From NCBI RefSeq assembly GCF_039968975.1, contig NZ_JBDVOT010000185.1, positions 3,807-67,806 of the forward strand: a stretch of 64,000 bases of DNA, given 5' to 3'. Origin of the DNA: Maribacter sp. GTDB lineage: Bacteria; Bacteroidota; Bacteroidia; Flavobacteriales; Flavobacteriaceae. The position numbers and the translations under genes were made by a program. The notes beneath the pieces were generated by a model. It was not told the DNA's origin, made no database searches, and was given only the letters and a program-made list of their open reading frames with translations. Positions 38,709 to 49,001 of the stretch are shown here, one piece after another. Within the stretch, counting starts at the first letter, position 1; every line of letters begins with the position of its first letter.

Positions 38709-39716
38709 ATGAATACGAAACTAAACAAATCAGACTTTATATTGCTGGGTATTATTATTGGGGTAACATCTCTTTTTAATGTATGGCAGTATTATGTTTA
38801 TGGTAATGATTTGTTAGAGTACATAGTTGATATTCCAACATACATACTAATGGCAATTATTGCTATAGGGTTGTTCATGTATTGGTTGTTGCCAAATTTT
38901 TTATTGAAGAAAACGAATTATTTTCTATTGATAATTTTAGCGATATTTATATTGACAGCTACAGGCTTCATTGAGAACCTTGTTGGATATTGGTCTTGTG
39001 AAAATGATTGCAGAACCTATCCTATTTGGCACAAAGCATTATTAGATGGTCTTTTTGCTGGTGCTGATAACGTCGGTATTCCCTTAGGGATTTTATTGAC
39101 CAAAAAGTTTTATGAAAGTCAAACACAGGTTATTAAAATTCAAAAACAACAAAAAGAGAATGAGCTAAAACTTCTACGTTCGCAATTAGACCCTCACTTT
39201 CTATTTAATAACCTTAACACGTTAGATGCCTTAATAGATAGTAATGCTGAAAAGGCAAAGGAATATATCAATCGCTTGTCATTGATATACAGGTACTTAA
39301 TTCAAACAAAAGATGCTGAGATTATGGAACTGTCTGAAGAAATGAATTTAGCCGATAATTATATGTTTCTGATTCAAACGCGTTTTGGTGACGATTATAA
39401 TTTTCATATTAATAAGAATATTGATTTTTCAGACAAGTTCTTACCCACTGGTGCTATACAGGCGTTATTAGAAAATGTGGTAAAGCATAATAAGGTAATA
39501 GGAGATAACAAAGTACAAACAAGCATAGCCATTGATGAAGATTGGGTAACGGTAGTAAACAACAAATCAAAAGTTATAACAACCAACGATAGTTTAGGTA
39601 CAGGGCTCATCAACTTAAAGGCCAGATATCAATTACTCTCTGTAGAAACACCTAGAATTGAAGAAAGTGAAACGGAGTTTAAAATTTCAATTCCGATTAT
39701 TAAATTAAGTAACTAA
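38709..39716 (+). CDS. LytS/YehU-type sensor histidine kinase (membrane-embedded)
   Basis: 335 aa. Four N-terminal TM helices are followed by the PF06580-type H-box LRSQLDPHFLFNNLNTL and an HATPase N-box, LENVVKHN. It lies 13 nt downstream of the OMP gene. Confidence 0.88.
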   Translation: MNTKLNKSDFILLGIIIGVTSLFNVWQYYVYGNDLLEYIVDIPTYILMAIIAIGLFMYWLLPNFLLKKTNYFLLIILAIFILTATGFIENLVGYWSCENDCRTYPIWHKALLDGLFAGADNVGIPLGILLTKKFYESQTQVIKIQKQQKENELKLLRSQLDPHFLFNNLNTLDALIDSNAEKAKEYINRLSLIYRYLIQTKDAEIMELSEEMNLADNYMFLIQTRFGDDYNFHINKNIDFSDKFLPTGAIQALLENVVKHNKVIGDNKVQTSIAIDEDWVTVVNNKSKVITTNDSLGTGLINLKARYQLLSVETPRIEESETEFKISIPIIKLSN

Positions 39717-39726
39717 TTAGAGGCGC

Positions 39727-40491
39727 ATGAAACTTTTAATTTTGGAGGATGAAATCCCAGCATATCAAAAACTATTAAGTCATCTTAAAACGTTTTTTGA
39801 TGCAGACTTAACTAATCATTGGGCTAGATCTATCGTAGAAGGTAAAACTCTTTTAGAAGCTAATGCTTATGACCTGATTTTATCCGATATAAAGTTGTTA
39901 GACGGTATTTCCTTTGATCTGTTCAATGAAGTTCAAGTGAATAGCCCAATTATATTCTGTTCCGCTTATGATAATTATTTGTTTCAGGCATTTAATACCA
40001 ACGGTATTGCATACATTTTAAAACCATACACGAATGCAGATTTCATAAAAGCCCTAGAAAAGTATAATTCTCTTTTTAAGCAGGGAGAATACAATAGTAA
40101 ACTAAGCAATGAAACATTAAGTGCGTTAAAAACGGCGCTACAAGAAGAGCAGGCCAATTATAAGAAGCGATTTGTGATAAAACGACCCAATGGTATTCAA
40201 CTACTGAACACCTCTGATATTAGTTTGATAGAGGCTTCTGGAGATTTCTGCATTGCGGTTGATCATGAAGGTAAACGACACCCTATATCACAAACACTTG
40301 GGAGTATAGTTCAACAACTACCGCCCAAAAAGTTCTTTAAAATCAATCGTAGCCAAATTGTACATATAGATTTTATAGCGCAAATAGAGAGTCACTTTAA
40401 AAACCGTTTGCTCATCACTATAAAAGGATGTACAGAAAAGGCAATGACAAGTACTTCAAGCACCTCAGATTTTAGAAAGTGGCTAGAGTAA
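39727..40491 (+). CDS. LytR/AlgR family response regulator (receiver + LytTR DNA-binding domain)
   Basis: 254 aa. The receiver is LILEDE...LILSDIKLLDG and the C-terminal LytTR pattern is F.KINRS.IVHI. Confidence 0.9.
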   Translation: MKLLILEDEIPAYQKLLSHLKTFFDADLTNHWARSIVEGKTLLEANAYDLILSDIKLLDGISFDLFNEVQVNSPIIFCSAYDNYLFQAFNTNGIAYILKPYTNADFIKALEKYNSLFKQGEYNSKLSNETLSALKTALQEEQANYKKRFVIKRPNGIQLLNTSDISLIEASGDFCIAVDHEGKRHPISQTLGSIVQQLPPKKFFKINRSQIVHIDFIAQIESHFKNRLLITIKGCTEKAMTSTSSTSDFRKWLE

Positions 40492-40492
40492 T

Positions 40493-42289
40493 TTAATCGT
40501 TCAATTTCAATACTGCCATAAAAGCTTCTTGTGGCACTTCAACATTACCTACTTGACGCATACGTTTTTTACCTTTTTTCTGCTTTTCAAGAAGCTTACG
40601 TTTACGAGAGATATCACCACCATAACATTTAGCCGTTACATCTTTACGCAAAGCTTTAGTAGTTTCTCTAGAGATAATTTTTGCACCAATAGCTGCTTGA
40701 ATAGGAATATCGAACTGTTGTCTTGGTATCAGTTCTTTTAGCTTTTCACACATTTTTTTACCAATATGAACCGCATTATCTGCATGAATTAAGGCAGACA
40801 GGGCATCTACTGGTTGAGCGTTTAAAAGAATATCTACTCGCACTAATTTAGAAGTACGCATACCAATTGGCGTATAATCAAAAGAAGCATAGCCTTTAGA
40901 AACCGTTTTAAGTCTGTCATAGAAATCAAAAACTATTTCTGCCAAAGGCATGTCAAAATTAAGTTCAACACGTTCTGTGGTCAAATACGTTTGGTTCGTA
41001 ATTAAACCTCTTTTCTCTATACATAAAGACATTACATTACCAACAAAGTCAGATTTTGTAATAATCGTAGCTTTAATATATGGTTCTTCTACACGATCAA
41101 TACCAGATGGGTCTGGTAAATCTGTAGGATTATTAACAATAATAGGTGTTTCAGTATCTTTTCTGGTGAATGCATGGTAACTAACGTTTGGTACCGTAGT
41201 AATTACCGTCATATTGAATTCACGTTCCAAACGCTCTTGAATGATTTCCATATGTAGCATTCCTAAGAAACCACATCTAAAACCGAAGCCTAGAGCGGCA
41301 CTACTTTCTGGTGCGAACACAAGAGAGGCATCGTTCAACTGTAATTTTTCCATTGATGCACGTAACTCTTCAAACTCATCGGTATCAACAGGGTAAATAC
41401 CTGCAAATACCATTGGCTTAACATCTTCAAATCCCTCAATAGCATTTTTGGTAGGGTTGACCGCATCGGTTATCGTATCACCTACTTTAACCTCACGAGC
41501 ATCTTTTATTCCTGTAATTAAGTAACCAACATCTCCTGCTTTAACACTTTTCTTAACTTCTTGGGTCAACTTCAATGTACCTACCTCATCGGCAAAGTAG
41601 TCCTTATCGGTAGCTACGAATTTTATCTTTTGTCCTTTTTTAATTTCACCGTTAATAACTCTAAAATACGTTTCAACACCTCTAAACGGGTTATAAACAG
41701 AATCAAAGACCAAAGCCTGTAATGCTTCGTCTGGGTTACCTTGTGGTGCAGGAATACGGTCAATTATAGCAGCTAATATTTCTTCAATACCAATACCGGT
41801 TTTTGCAGATGCAGGTATAACCTCTTCTGCATCACAACCTAAAAGATCAACAATGTCATCTGTCACCTCCTCAGGGTTGGCACTAGGTAAATCTACCTTG
41901 TTCAAAACAGGTATAATTTCTAGGTCGTTCTCTAAGGCTAGATATAAATTGGATATCGTTTGTGCTTGAATACTTTGCGCTGCATCTACAACTAACAATG
42001 CACCTTCACAAGCCGCAATAGATCTAGAAACCTCATATGAGAAATCTACGTGACCAGGGGTGTCAATTAAGTTTAATATATATTGCTCACCCTTATAGGT
42101 ATAATCCATTTGGATGGCGTGACTTTTTATAGTGATACCACGTTCTCTTTCAAGATCCATACTGTCCAGTAGCTGTTCCTTTTTCTCTCGATCGGTAACA
42201 GATCCGGTAAACTCTAACAGTCTATCTGCCAAGGTACTTTTACCATGGTCAATATGTGCAATAATGCAGAAGTTTCTAATGTTTTTCAT
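40493..42289 (-). CDS. lepA: translation elongation factor 4
   Basis: 598 aa. [28 protein letters not shown] and NKVD, with a LepA-specific C-terminal domain. Confidence 0.98.
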   Translation of the reverse strand: MKNIRNFCIIAHIDHGKSTLADRLLEFTGSVTDREKKEQLLDSMDLERERGITIKSHAIQMDYTYKGEQYILNLIDTPGHVDFSYEVSRSIAACEGALLVVDAAQSIQAQTISNLYLALENDLEIIPVLNKVDLPSANPEEVTDDIVDLLGCDAEEVIPASAKTGIGIEEILAAIIDRIPAPQGNPDEALQALVFDSVYNPFRGVETYFRVINGEIKKGQKIKFVATDKDYFADEVGTLKLTQEVKKSVKAGDVGYLITGIKDAREVKVGDTITDAVNPTKNAIEGFEDVKPMVFAGIYPVDTDEFEELRASMEKLQLNDASLVFAPESSAALGFGFRCGFLGMLHMEIIQERLEREFNMTVITTVPNVSYHAFTRKDTETPIIVNNPTDLPDPSGIDRVEEPYIKATIITKSDFVGNVMSLCIEKRGLITNQTYLTTERVELNFDMPLAEIVFDFYDRLKTVSKGYASFDYTPIGMRTSKLVRVDILLNAQPVDALSALIHADNAVHIGKKMCEKLKELIPRQQFDIPIQAAIGAKIISRETTKALRKDVTAKCYGGDISRKRKLLEKQKKGKKRMRQVGNVEVPQEAFMAVLKLND

Positions 42290-42468
42290 AGCGGTAACGG
42301 TAATAATAATGCTAATTTATACCAAGAATAACGCCCGGCACTAAAGAGCAATTGCAAATATAATCTAATTTATAGCGCTAAACTTTAGTGTGCTATGCTA
42401 TTTATTATTGCATAGATTAGTTTGGATTACATATATTGTAGAAAATTACAACGTTTTTTTAGTTAGAT

Positions 42469-44895
42469 TTGATTACCAACCCCGAGTCTCCATTGAAACT
42501 ACTAACAGTTATTTTATTCTTTTGCATAGGCATGTCCCATTTTGGATATAGTCAAACCTTTGAATTAAAAGGAGAGGTTAAAGACCAATACCAAGAACCC
42601 GTAGCATTTGCTTCTGTATTTCTATTGACCGTTACAGACTCTGTATTGGTCAAAGGAAGTTCTGCCGATGAAAACGGTGCATTTAGGTTCTCTGATATTG
42701 CAGAGGGGCTCTATTTTTTAAAAGCGTCTTATGTAGGTCAAACCTCAGAAAACTTAGCGATTGAGATTTTAAAGGATACTAAAATTGGAGCTGTAATAAT
42801 TGAGCAGCAAGCAGAATTATTAAACGAGGTGACCGTTACAAGCAATAAACCTGTAGTAAAAAGAGAGGTTGACCGTATTGTTTTTAATGTAGAAAACACG
42901 GTTATCTCTCAGAATAGCTCGTGGGATATTCTTCGTCAAACGCCCGGCGTAATTATGATGAATGATGAGCTGAAAGTTAGAAATCAGGCAACAACCGTTT
43001 ATATCAATAACCGCAAAGTTCAACTGTCTTCTGAAGAGGTAAGAAGCCTTCTAGAAAATTACCAAGGTGAGAATATAAAATCTGTTGAGGTTATTCATAA
43101 TCCACCAGCGAGTTATGATGCTGAAGGTGGTTCTATTTTAAATATCGTTACCAGTAAAAATCTATCTGTAGGGTATAAGGGGAATATTAATGCTGGGTAT
43201 ACGCAAGGAGTTTTTCCGAAGTATAGTTTTGGCACTTCTCATTTTTACAAGACTAAAAAGTTAAATGTAAACGCAAGTTACAATTACACCCCAAAGAAGG
43301 ATTTCAAGAATACTTTGAGCAATACCAATTTTATGGATAATACCGGTGTTACTTCTATTTGGGATACAGATTTTGATCAAGTTATACGCACCAATACCCA
43401 TAACGCAGGGGTGTCGGTAGATTATGAATTCAATGACAAGAACACACTAAGTTTAACTAGTAACGCACAGTTTCAACCAAATAGGGATGCTGATTTTTTC
43501 CAAGAAACTACTATTAAAAATAGTGTAGGGGCTTTAGATTCTTTATTTACGACCGGTAGTTTTTTAAGCGAACAAAAACATAATGTTTCGGGTGACCTTA
43601 CTTTTAAACATCAATTTAAAGATCAGGCAAACTTATCTGTAAATGCGCACTATACAAATTTTGATTTAGACCGAAATCAAGATGTAAACTCAGATTATTT
43701 TCAACCTAACGGGTCATTTTTGAGGGATTTTAATTTCTCAACTATTGCCGATCAACAGATAGAGATAAAGACCGCTCAAATTGATTATACTGATTATTTA
43801 GGAAATGTGTTTTTTGAAACTGGGGTAAAAGGTTCTTTTATTGATTCTGAAAGTAAGCTAGATTATTTTTTACAAAATAATGACTCAGAGTTTATACCAA
43901 ATTTATCTGATGACTATACGTATAACGAAAGTGTATATGCCGGTTATTTTAGTTTATCGAAAGATTGGAAAAAATGGAGTATTAAAACAGGGTTACGAGC
44001 AGAACAAACAGAGAGTTCAGGACTGTCAGTAAATGTGTCGACTATAAATGATCTTAGCTATTTTGAACTTTTTCCTTCGTTGTACATACTTCATACTATT
44101 AATGACCACCATAGTCTATCTTTTGATTATTCTAGAAAGTTAGAACGTCCTAGATATGAAGATTTAAATCCGTTTAGAACATATAGTAATGAGCGTACCT
44201 TCAAAGAAGGTAATCCCAACTTAAGACCTGGTTTTAGCCATAATTTTAATTTGAACTATACTTTAAATCAAGAGTATTATTTTGATTTCTACTACAGAGA
44301 TAATGGCATGTATATTTCTACACTTACCTTTCAAGACAATAATAATTTTGTTTTAAGGGATATTACCCAAAACGCTTTAGAAAGCACCTCTTATGGCCTT
44401 GATTTTTCTTATGGTAAATCAATCACTAACAATTGGTATTTATACAGTTATATTTCTCTTTTTCATGAAGATGAAACTTTTATAACATTACAGAGCGATG
44501 AATATTCTTATAAAAATGATTTTAATGGAGCTTATGTTGACCTTACCAATTATTTGACCCTTTCTAAAGATGGAACATTTAAAGGAGAATTGGGTTTAGT
44601 TTATTTATCTGGCTGGTTACAAGGATCATTTATTCAAGAAGAGACTACAAATTTAACTGTTGGGCTGAGAAAATCATTTCTAGATAATAGAGCAGTTTTA
44701 AGTGTAAGTGCTAATGACTTATTAGGTAAATACAATAGCTACGTATCTTCAAAATATTTAAATCAAGACAATAGGTACTTGGTAGTACCTGAAACCCAAT
44801 ATGTAAAATTTGGCTTTACCTACAACTTTGGTAATTTTCGCTTAGAAGACAATCAACGTGATATAGATAAAATAGAACGTGACCGGCTTGATTAA
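42469..44895 (+). CDS. outer membrane beta-barrel family protein (paralog 2)
   Basis: 808 aa with a TTG start (start uncertain). The architecture matches 36329..38695, with ERPRYEDLNPF....TFKEGNPNLRP. Confidence 0.85.
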   Translation: MITNPESPLKLLTVILFFCIGMSHFGYSQTFELKGEVKDQYQEPVAFASVFLLTVTDSVLVKGSSADENGAFRFSDIAEGLYFLKASYVGQTSENLAIEILKDTKIGAVIIEQQAELLNEVTVTSNKPVVKREVDRIVFNVENTVISQNSSWDILRQTPGVIMMNDELKVRNQATTVYINNRKVQLSSEEVRSLLENYQGENIKSVEVIHNPPASYDAEGGSILNIVTSKNLSVGYKGNINAGYTQGVFPKYSFGTSHFYKTKKLNVNASYNYTPKKDFKNTLSNTNFMDNTGVTSIWDTDFDQVIRTNTHNAGVSVDYEFNDKNTLSLTSNAQFQPNRDADFFQETTIKNSVGALDSLFTTGSFLSEQKHNVSGDLTFKHQFKDQANLSVNAHYTNFDLDRNQDVNSDYFQPNGSFLRDFNFSTIADQQIEIKTAQIDYTDYLGNVFFETGVKGSFIDSESKLDYFLQNNDSEFIPNLSDDYTYNESVYAGYFSLSKDWKKWSIKTGLRAEQTESSGLSVNVSTINDLSYFELFPSLYILHTINDHHSLSFDYSRKLERPRYEDLNPFRTYSNERTFKEGNPNLRPGFSHNFNLNYTLNQEYYFDFYYRDNGMYISTLTFQDNNNFVLRDITQNALESTSYGLDFSYGKSITNNWYLYSYISLFHEDETFITLQSDEYSYKNDFNGAYVDLTNYLTLSKDGTFKGELGLVYLSGWLQGSFIQEETTNLTVGLRKSFLDNRAVLSVSANDLLGKYNSYVSSKYLNQDNRYLVVPETQYVKFGFTYNFGNFRLEDNQRDIDKIERDRLD

Positions 44896-45006
44896 GGTCA
44901 ACTATTTAATTTTCAATTGGTTAATTTGTTTCTTAAGAAAAGTTTAAATATTTCGTAAGATAAATCAAGATAACTTTCCTACATTTAGTTAGAATACGAA
45001 TACTAA

Positions 45007-47406
45007 ATGCCTAGAAAATCATTATTAACGCTTCTTTTTTGTCTTACGTTTTCTTTAGCGTTTTCTCAAGAATTTATAATTAGTGGTTTTGTAAGAGACG
45101 ATAATCAAACGCCTATTGTTCTTGCCAATGTCATTTTATTGAGTGAGGATGGTGAGTTTATTAAAGGAACCGTCACAAATGATCAAGGAGCTTATGAAAT
45201 TAAGACAGTTACCACTGGAAACTACCGTATAGTTGCTAGTTATATAGCAAATACTGTAGAAAGTGAATTACTTTCCATAGCTGATAGTATAGAGATAGAA
45301 CCACTTATATTACAAAGCTCACAAGAATTAGATGAGGTGGTTGTAACTCAAAAAAAACCAGTTATAGAACAGCTTGCCGATAGACATATATTCAATATCG
45401 AAAACACAGCATTATCAGATGGTGATATATGGGATGTTTTAAAACGCACACCCGGGGTAGTGGTATTAAATAATCGTTTGTATATCAACGGCAGCTCTAA
45501 TGTCAATATAATGATTAATGGTAAGTTGGTAAACTTACCTAAAGAAGATATTATCAATTTATTATCGGGCAGTTCTGCTAGTAATGTAGAGTCTATTGAG
45601 GTGATTACTAGTCCCCCTGCAAAATACAGTGCAGAGGGTGGTTTGCTTATAGATATTAAAATGAAAAAAAACCTCATTGCTGGGTATAATGGAGCGATAT
45701 TTAACAACTATACACAAGGGGTGTTGCCAAAACATACTTTTGGTACAGACCATTTTTTTAAAGGTAAAAAGGTAGATTTTACTACAAATTATAGCTTTAG
45801 CCATAATAGAAACTGGACTAGGTATTCTGATATTACCACATATTTTGAAAATGGAGAAGAAAGTGAGATTTGGACAGCGGAGCAGAAATTAATTGGCAAT
45901 GAAAAAAGTCACAACCTAAATCTATTCTTAGATGTTCAAATAGATGAAAAGAATACCATTAGCCTTACCTCTACCTCTAGTTTATCGCCAGACGGAAGTA
46001 CAAATTACTTTTCAATAACCGATATAGAGAATATTGAAGGAAATTTATTAGCCCAGCTAGATGGTTTAAACGTTATAGATGATGATACATATAATTCATC
46101 TAACTATTTAGATTGGATTCATAAATTGAATGATAATGGTGCAGAAATAAGTTCAAACCTACATTTTACATATTACGACTCTAAACAAGATCAAGAGCTA
46201 AACAATACTATTGTGCAAGGAATTACAGATAACACTTCTGAAAATACCTTGATGGTTAATACCGATCAAATTATTAATCTTTTTAGTGTGCAAACAGACC
46301 TTACTTTACCACTTTCCAAGCAGTCTACTATGGAAACCGGGGCAAAGGTTGCAATTATTAATTCAGAATCAAATATATCGCAGTCTGGTTTCGAGGAAAC
46401 GGCAGAAGGCATATCACCAACAGGTTCGGGTATATTTAATTATGATGAAGAAATCTATGCAGCATATGTTAGTTTAAACAACAATTGGGAAAAGTGGAAA
46501 TTAAACTTAGGATTACGTGCCGAGTATACCAATACAAAAGCGAGCTTAGACGTGCTTTCTTCATTAAATGAAACTTCTTATTTGAACTTGTTTCCTAATA
46601 TGTCGTTATCATATAAGAAAGAGAAAAATGCTTTTTATTTAAAGTATTACAGAAGAATAAGAAGACCAAGATATAGTAGTATTAATCCTTTTCAATTTTA
46701 CATATCTGCGAATTCCCTTTTTGAAGGAAACCCCAATTTGAAACCATCTTATAATCATTATGTTCAGTTCGATTATGTGTTTGATCGCGATTACAAATTG
46801 GTATTATTTGTTAATAGAAGATCTAGTGATGTCGCACAACAGATAACCCAAGATAATGAGAACAATACACTTGTAACAAGGTATATTAATTTGGAAACAA
46901 ATTATAATTATGGTTATGATGTTAGTGTTTCAAAACAGTTTACTTCATATTGGTATATTTATTTTTTATTAAGGCAGTACTATGACAAGGATAGCTTTAC
47001 AGATGTGGAGACCAATAGCCTTGTTGAAAATTCGGTCTGGTTAACCTCAATACGGGCAAATAATTACTTTACCTTATTAAAAGATGAATCACTTTTTGCT
47101 GATGTAACGTATCTGTATTATTCTCCATTTATTAGTGGTAATGCAAAGTTTGATTCCTTTAGTAAGGTTGGGTTGTCTTTTAGGAAAACCTTTATGGATA
47201 AGGATATAAGCATTTCTTTAGGTGTTCAAGACATATTTAATAATGGCAATAATTTCTCAAGAAGAAATTATTTGGATCAGAAAAATACAACGGCTACACG
47301 AATAGAGAATAGGTTATTGGTATTGGGCTTTAGGTATAAGTTTGGCAATACTAAAATCCGTGATAATTCTAAAAACAAGGATACAGACGAAAATAAGCGA
47401 TTATAA
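45007..47406 (+). CDS. outer membrane beta-barrel family protein (paralog 3)
   Basis: 799 aa with a signal peptide and the same architecture, with RRPRYSSINPF......FEGNPNLKP. Confidence 0.85.
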   Translation: MPRKSLLTLLFCLTFSLAFSQEFIISGFVRDDNQTPIVLANVILLSEDGEFIKGTVTNDQGAYEIKTVTTGNYRIVASYIANTVESELLSIADSIEIEPLILQSSQELDEVVVTQKKPVIEQLADRHIFNIENTALSDGDIWDVLKRTPGVVVLNNRLYINGSSNVNIMINGKLVNLPKEDIINLLSGSSASNVESIEVITSPPAKYSAEGGLLIDIKMKKNLIAGYNGAIFNNYTQGVLPKHTFGTDHFFKGKKVDFTTNYSFSHNRNWTRYSDITTYFENGEESEIWTAEQKLIGNEKSHNLNLFLDVQIDEKNTISLTSTSSLSPDGSTNYFSITDIENIEGNLLAQLDGLNVIDDDTYNSSNYLDWIHKLNDNGAEISSNLHFTYYDSKQDQELNNTIVQGITDNTSENTLMVNTDQIINLFSVQTDLTLPLSKQSTMETGAKVAIINSESNISQSGFEETAEGISPTGSGIFNYDEEIYAAYVSLNNNWEKWKLNLGLRAEYTNTKASLDVLSSLNETSYLNLFPNMSLSYKKEKNAFYLKYYRRIRRPRYSSINPFQFYISANSLFEGNPNLKPSYNHYVQFDYVFDRDYKLVLFVNRRSSDVAQQITQDNENNTLVTRYINLETNYNYGYDVSVSKQFTSYWYIYFLLRQYYDKDSFTDVETNSLVENSVWLTSIRANNYFTLLKDESLFADVTYLYYSPFISGNAKFDSFSKVGLSFRKTFMDKDISISLGVQDIFNNGNNFSRRNYLDQKNTTATRIENRLLVLGFRYKFGNTKIRDNSKNKDTDENKRL

Positions 47407-47412
47407 TATTTA

Positions 47413-47610
47413 CTATGATAGCATTGCACCACATATACCTATACTGATTAGGCAATACACTCCCGCTAAGATCATAAATACTTTACCTGCCTTTTTCTTC
47501 TTGTAATAAAATAAGATAGCCCCAATTAGAATAAATAAAATAGCGGGACCGAACATTATTAGAAATAAGAAAGTAGCAAGACCATCTAGATTACCAACTT
47601 CTAAAATCAT
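47413..47610 (-). CDS. 65-aa two-TM membrane peptide, last gene of the Lgt-like/radical SAM operon
   Basis: Two hydrophobic helices are separated by YYKKKKAGK. Its ATG overlaps the radical SAM TGA in an ATGA overlap at 47607..47610. Confidence 0.5.
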   Translation of the reverse strand: MILEVGNLDGLATFLFLIMFGPAILFILIGAILFYYKKKKAGKVFMILAGVYCLISIGICGAMLS

Positions 47611-49001
47611 ATCGTTTCGTTTTGTAGTTCCTTTAGTCGTTCAATCTTATCATCCCTATAAAACAAGTTCATAGTTTCAAAGGGGATAATTTTATAGTCT
47701 TTGTTTACAATGTGTACACAAGATTTCTTAATGGCGCGGACATCAAAATTATGGGCATCTATAAACTGCATGATAATGATGCGAAATAGGTTGTCATACC
47801 CTAGTTCTGGAGCATCAATTTCAGGTAGGCAGCACATAATACTCTTCAAGTTTTCCGATGCTTTTTCAACGGAATTTCCCGTACTAAAAAGTTCAATCAT
47901 TTTACCGTGTAATTGTTCGTCCTGCTCGTAGATAATAGTATTTTTTCCTTCGTTCAGTAAATCATCTGGGTTGATGAACCTGGTTAGTGGGTTTACCTCA
48001 TCGCCTATTTTTAGAGCATATGCCATCACCAATGCATCAGGATTACAAGGTACGGGTATTAAATCGTCCGATTCAAAAATGGGCGATTGTTCCAGAATAT
48101 TACGGCGAACTTCTGTCAATGTAATTCGGTTTTCATCTACTTCAAAGTTTTCTAATCTACCTGCTATTTGGGTAGGTTGAAAAGTAACTCCGCGTACACA
48201 TTTTTGCTTTAGCGCAAAATCTATGGTGTCTCCCATTTCATGGTCGTTCAATCCTTTTTGTAGAACAACAACTAGTGTCGTAGATAGGTTTAACTTGTTC
48301 AGGTGTTCCAATGCCTGTAAACGAACATCTGCCAAATCTGCACCACGTAAAGTTTGCAACACATGGTTGTCTAAAGAATCAAACTGTAAATACACTTCAA
48401 AATCTGGTGCATAGGTGGCTAATCGCTTTGTAAATTCAAAATCTTTTGCAATTTTAATTCCATTGGTATTTAACATTAAATGCCGAATAGGGAGCGATTT
48501 TGCATAGTCTAATATTTCAAAAAATTCTGGGTGAATAGTAGGTTCGCCACCACTAAGTTGAACAACATCTGGCTCGCCTTCATTTTTTACAATAACGTCG
48601 AGCATTTTCTTGATTTCTTCAAGGGTTCTATGTCTGCCATAAGTGGGTGAAGAACCGGCGTAACAAGTTGGGCAGGTAAGGTTACAGCGGTCTGTAAGTT
48701 CAATAACTGTTAGGCAAGAATGTTGCTCATGATCAGGGCACAGACCACAGTCATATGGGCAACCGTAATGTGTTTGTGTGTTAAATGTTTTAGGGTATTC
48801 AGAAGCTTTATTATAATTTCTTATGTTCTTATAATATTCAATATCATCAGCTATAAGTACTTTAGATCTACCATGCTCTTTGCAATTTTTTAGCATGTAT
48901 ACCTTTTCGTTTTCAAAAACGATTTTAGCATCTACCCGTCGTAAACATTTTGGGCAAAGGCTTAATGTAAAATCATAATACGTATAGTTTTTTTCGGACA
49001 T
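47607..49001 (-). CDS. radical SAM protein with N-terminal zinc-ribbon/rubredoxin-like and extra Cys-cluster motifs
   Basis: 464 aa. The CX3CX2C motif is DRCNLTCPTCY (nt 48663..48686). It is preceded by GCPYDCGLCPDHEQHSC and by N-terminal CPKC-x19-CKEH. A GGEPT SAM-binding motif is present. Confidence 0.9.
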   Translation of the reverse strand: MSEKNYTYYDFTLSLCPKCLRRVDAKIVFENEKVYMLKNCKEHGRSKVLIADDIEYYKNIRNYNKASEYPKTFNTQTHYGCPYDCGLCPDHEQHSCLTVIELTDRCNLTCPTCYAGSSPTYGRHRTLEEIKKMLDVIVKNEGEPDVVQLSGGEPTIHPEFFEILDYAKSLPIRHLMLNTNGIKIAKDFEFTKRLATYAPDFEVYLQFDSLDNHVLQTLRGADLADVRLQALEHLNKLNLSTTLVVVLQKGLNDHEMGDTIDFALKQKCVRGVTFQPTQIAGRLENFEVDENRITLTEVRRNILEQSPIFESDDLIPVPCNPDALVMAYALKIGDEVNPLTRFINPDDLLNEGKNTIIYEQDEQLHGKMIELFSTGNSVEKASENLKSIMCCLPEIDAPELGYDNLFRIIIMQFIDAHNFDVRAIKKSCVHIVNKDYKIIPFETMNLFYRDDKIERLKELQNETI

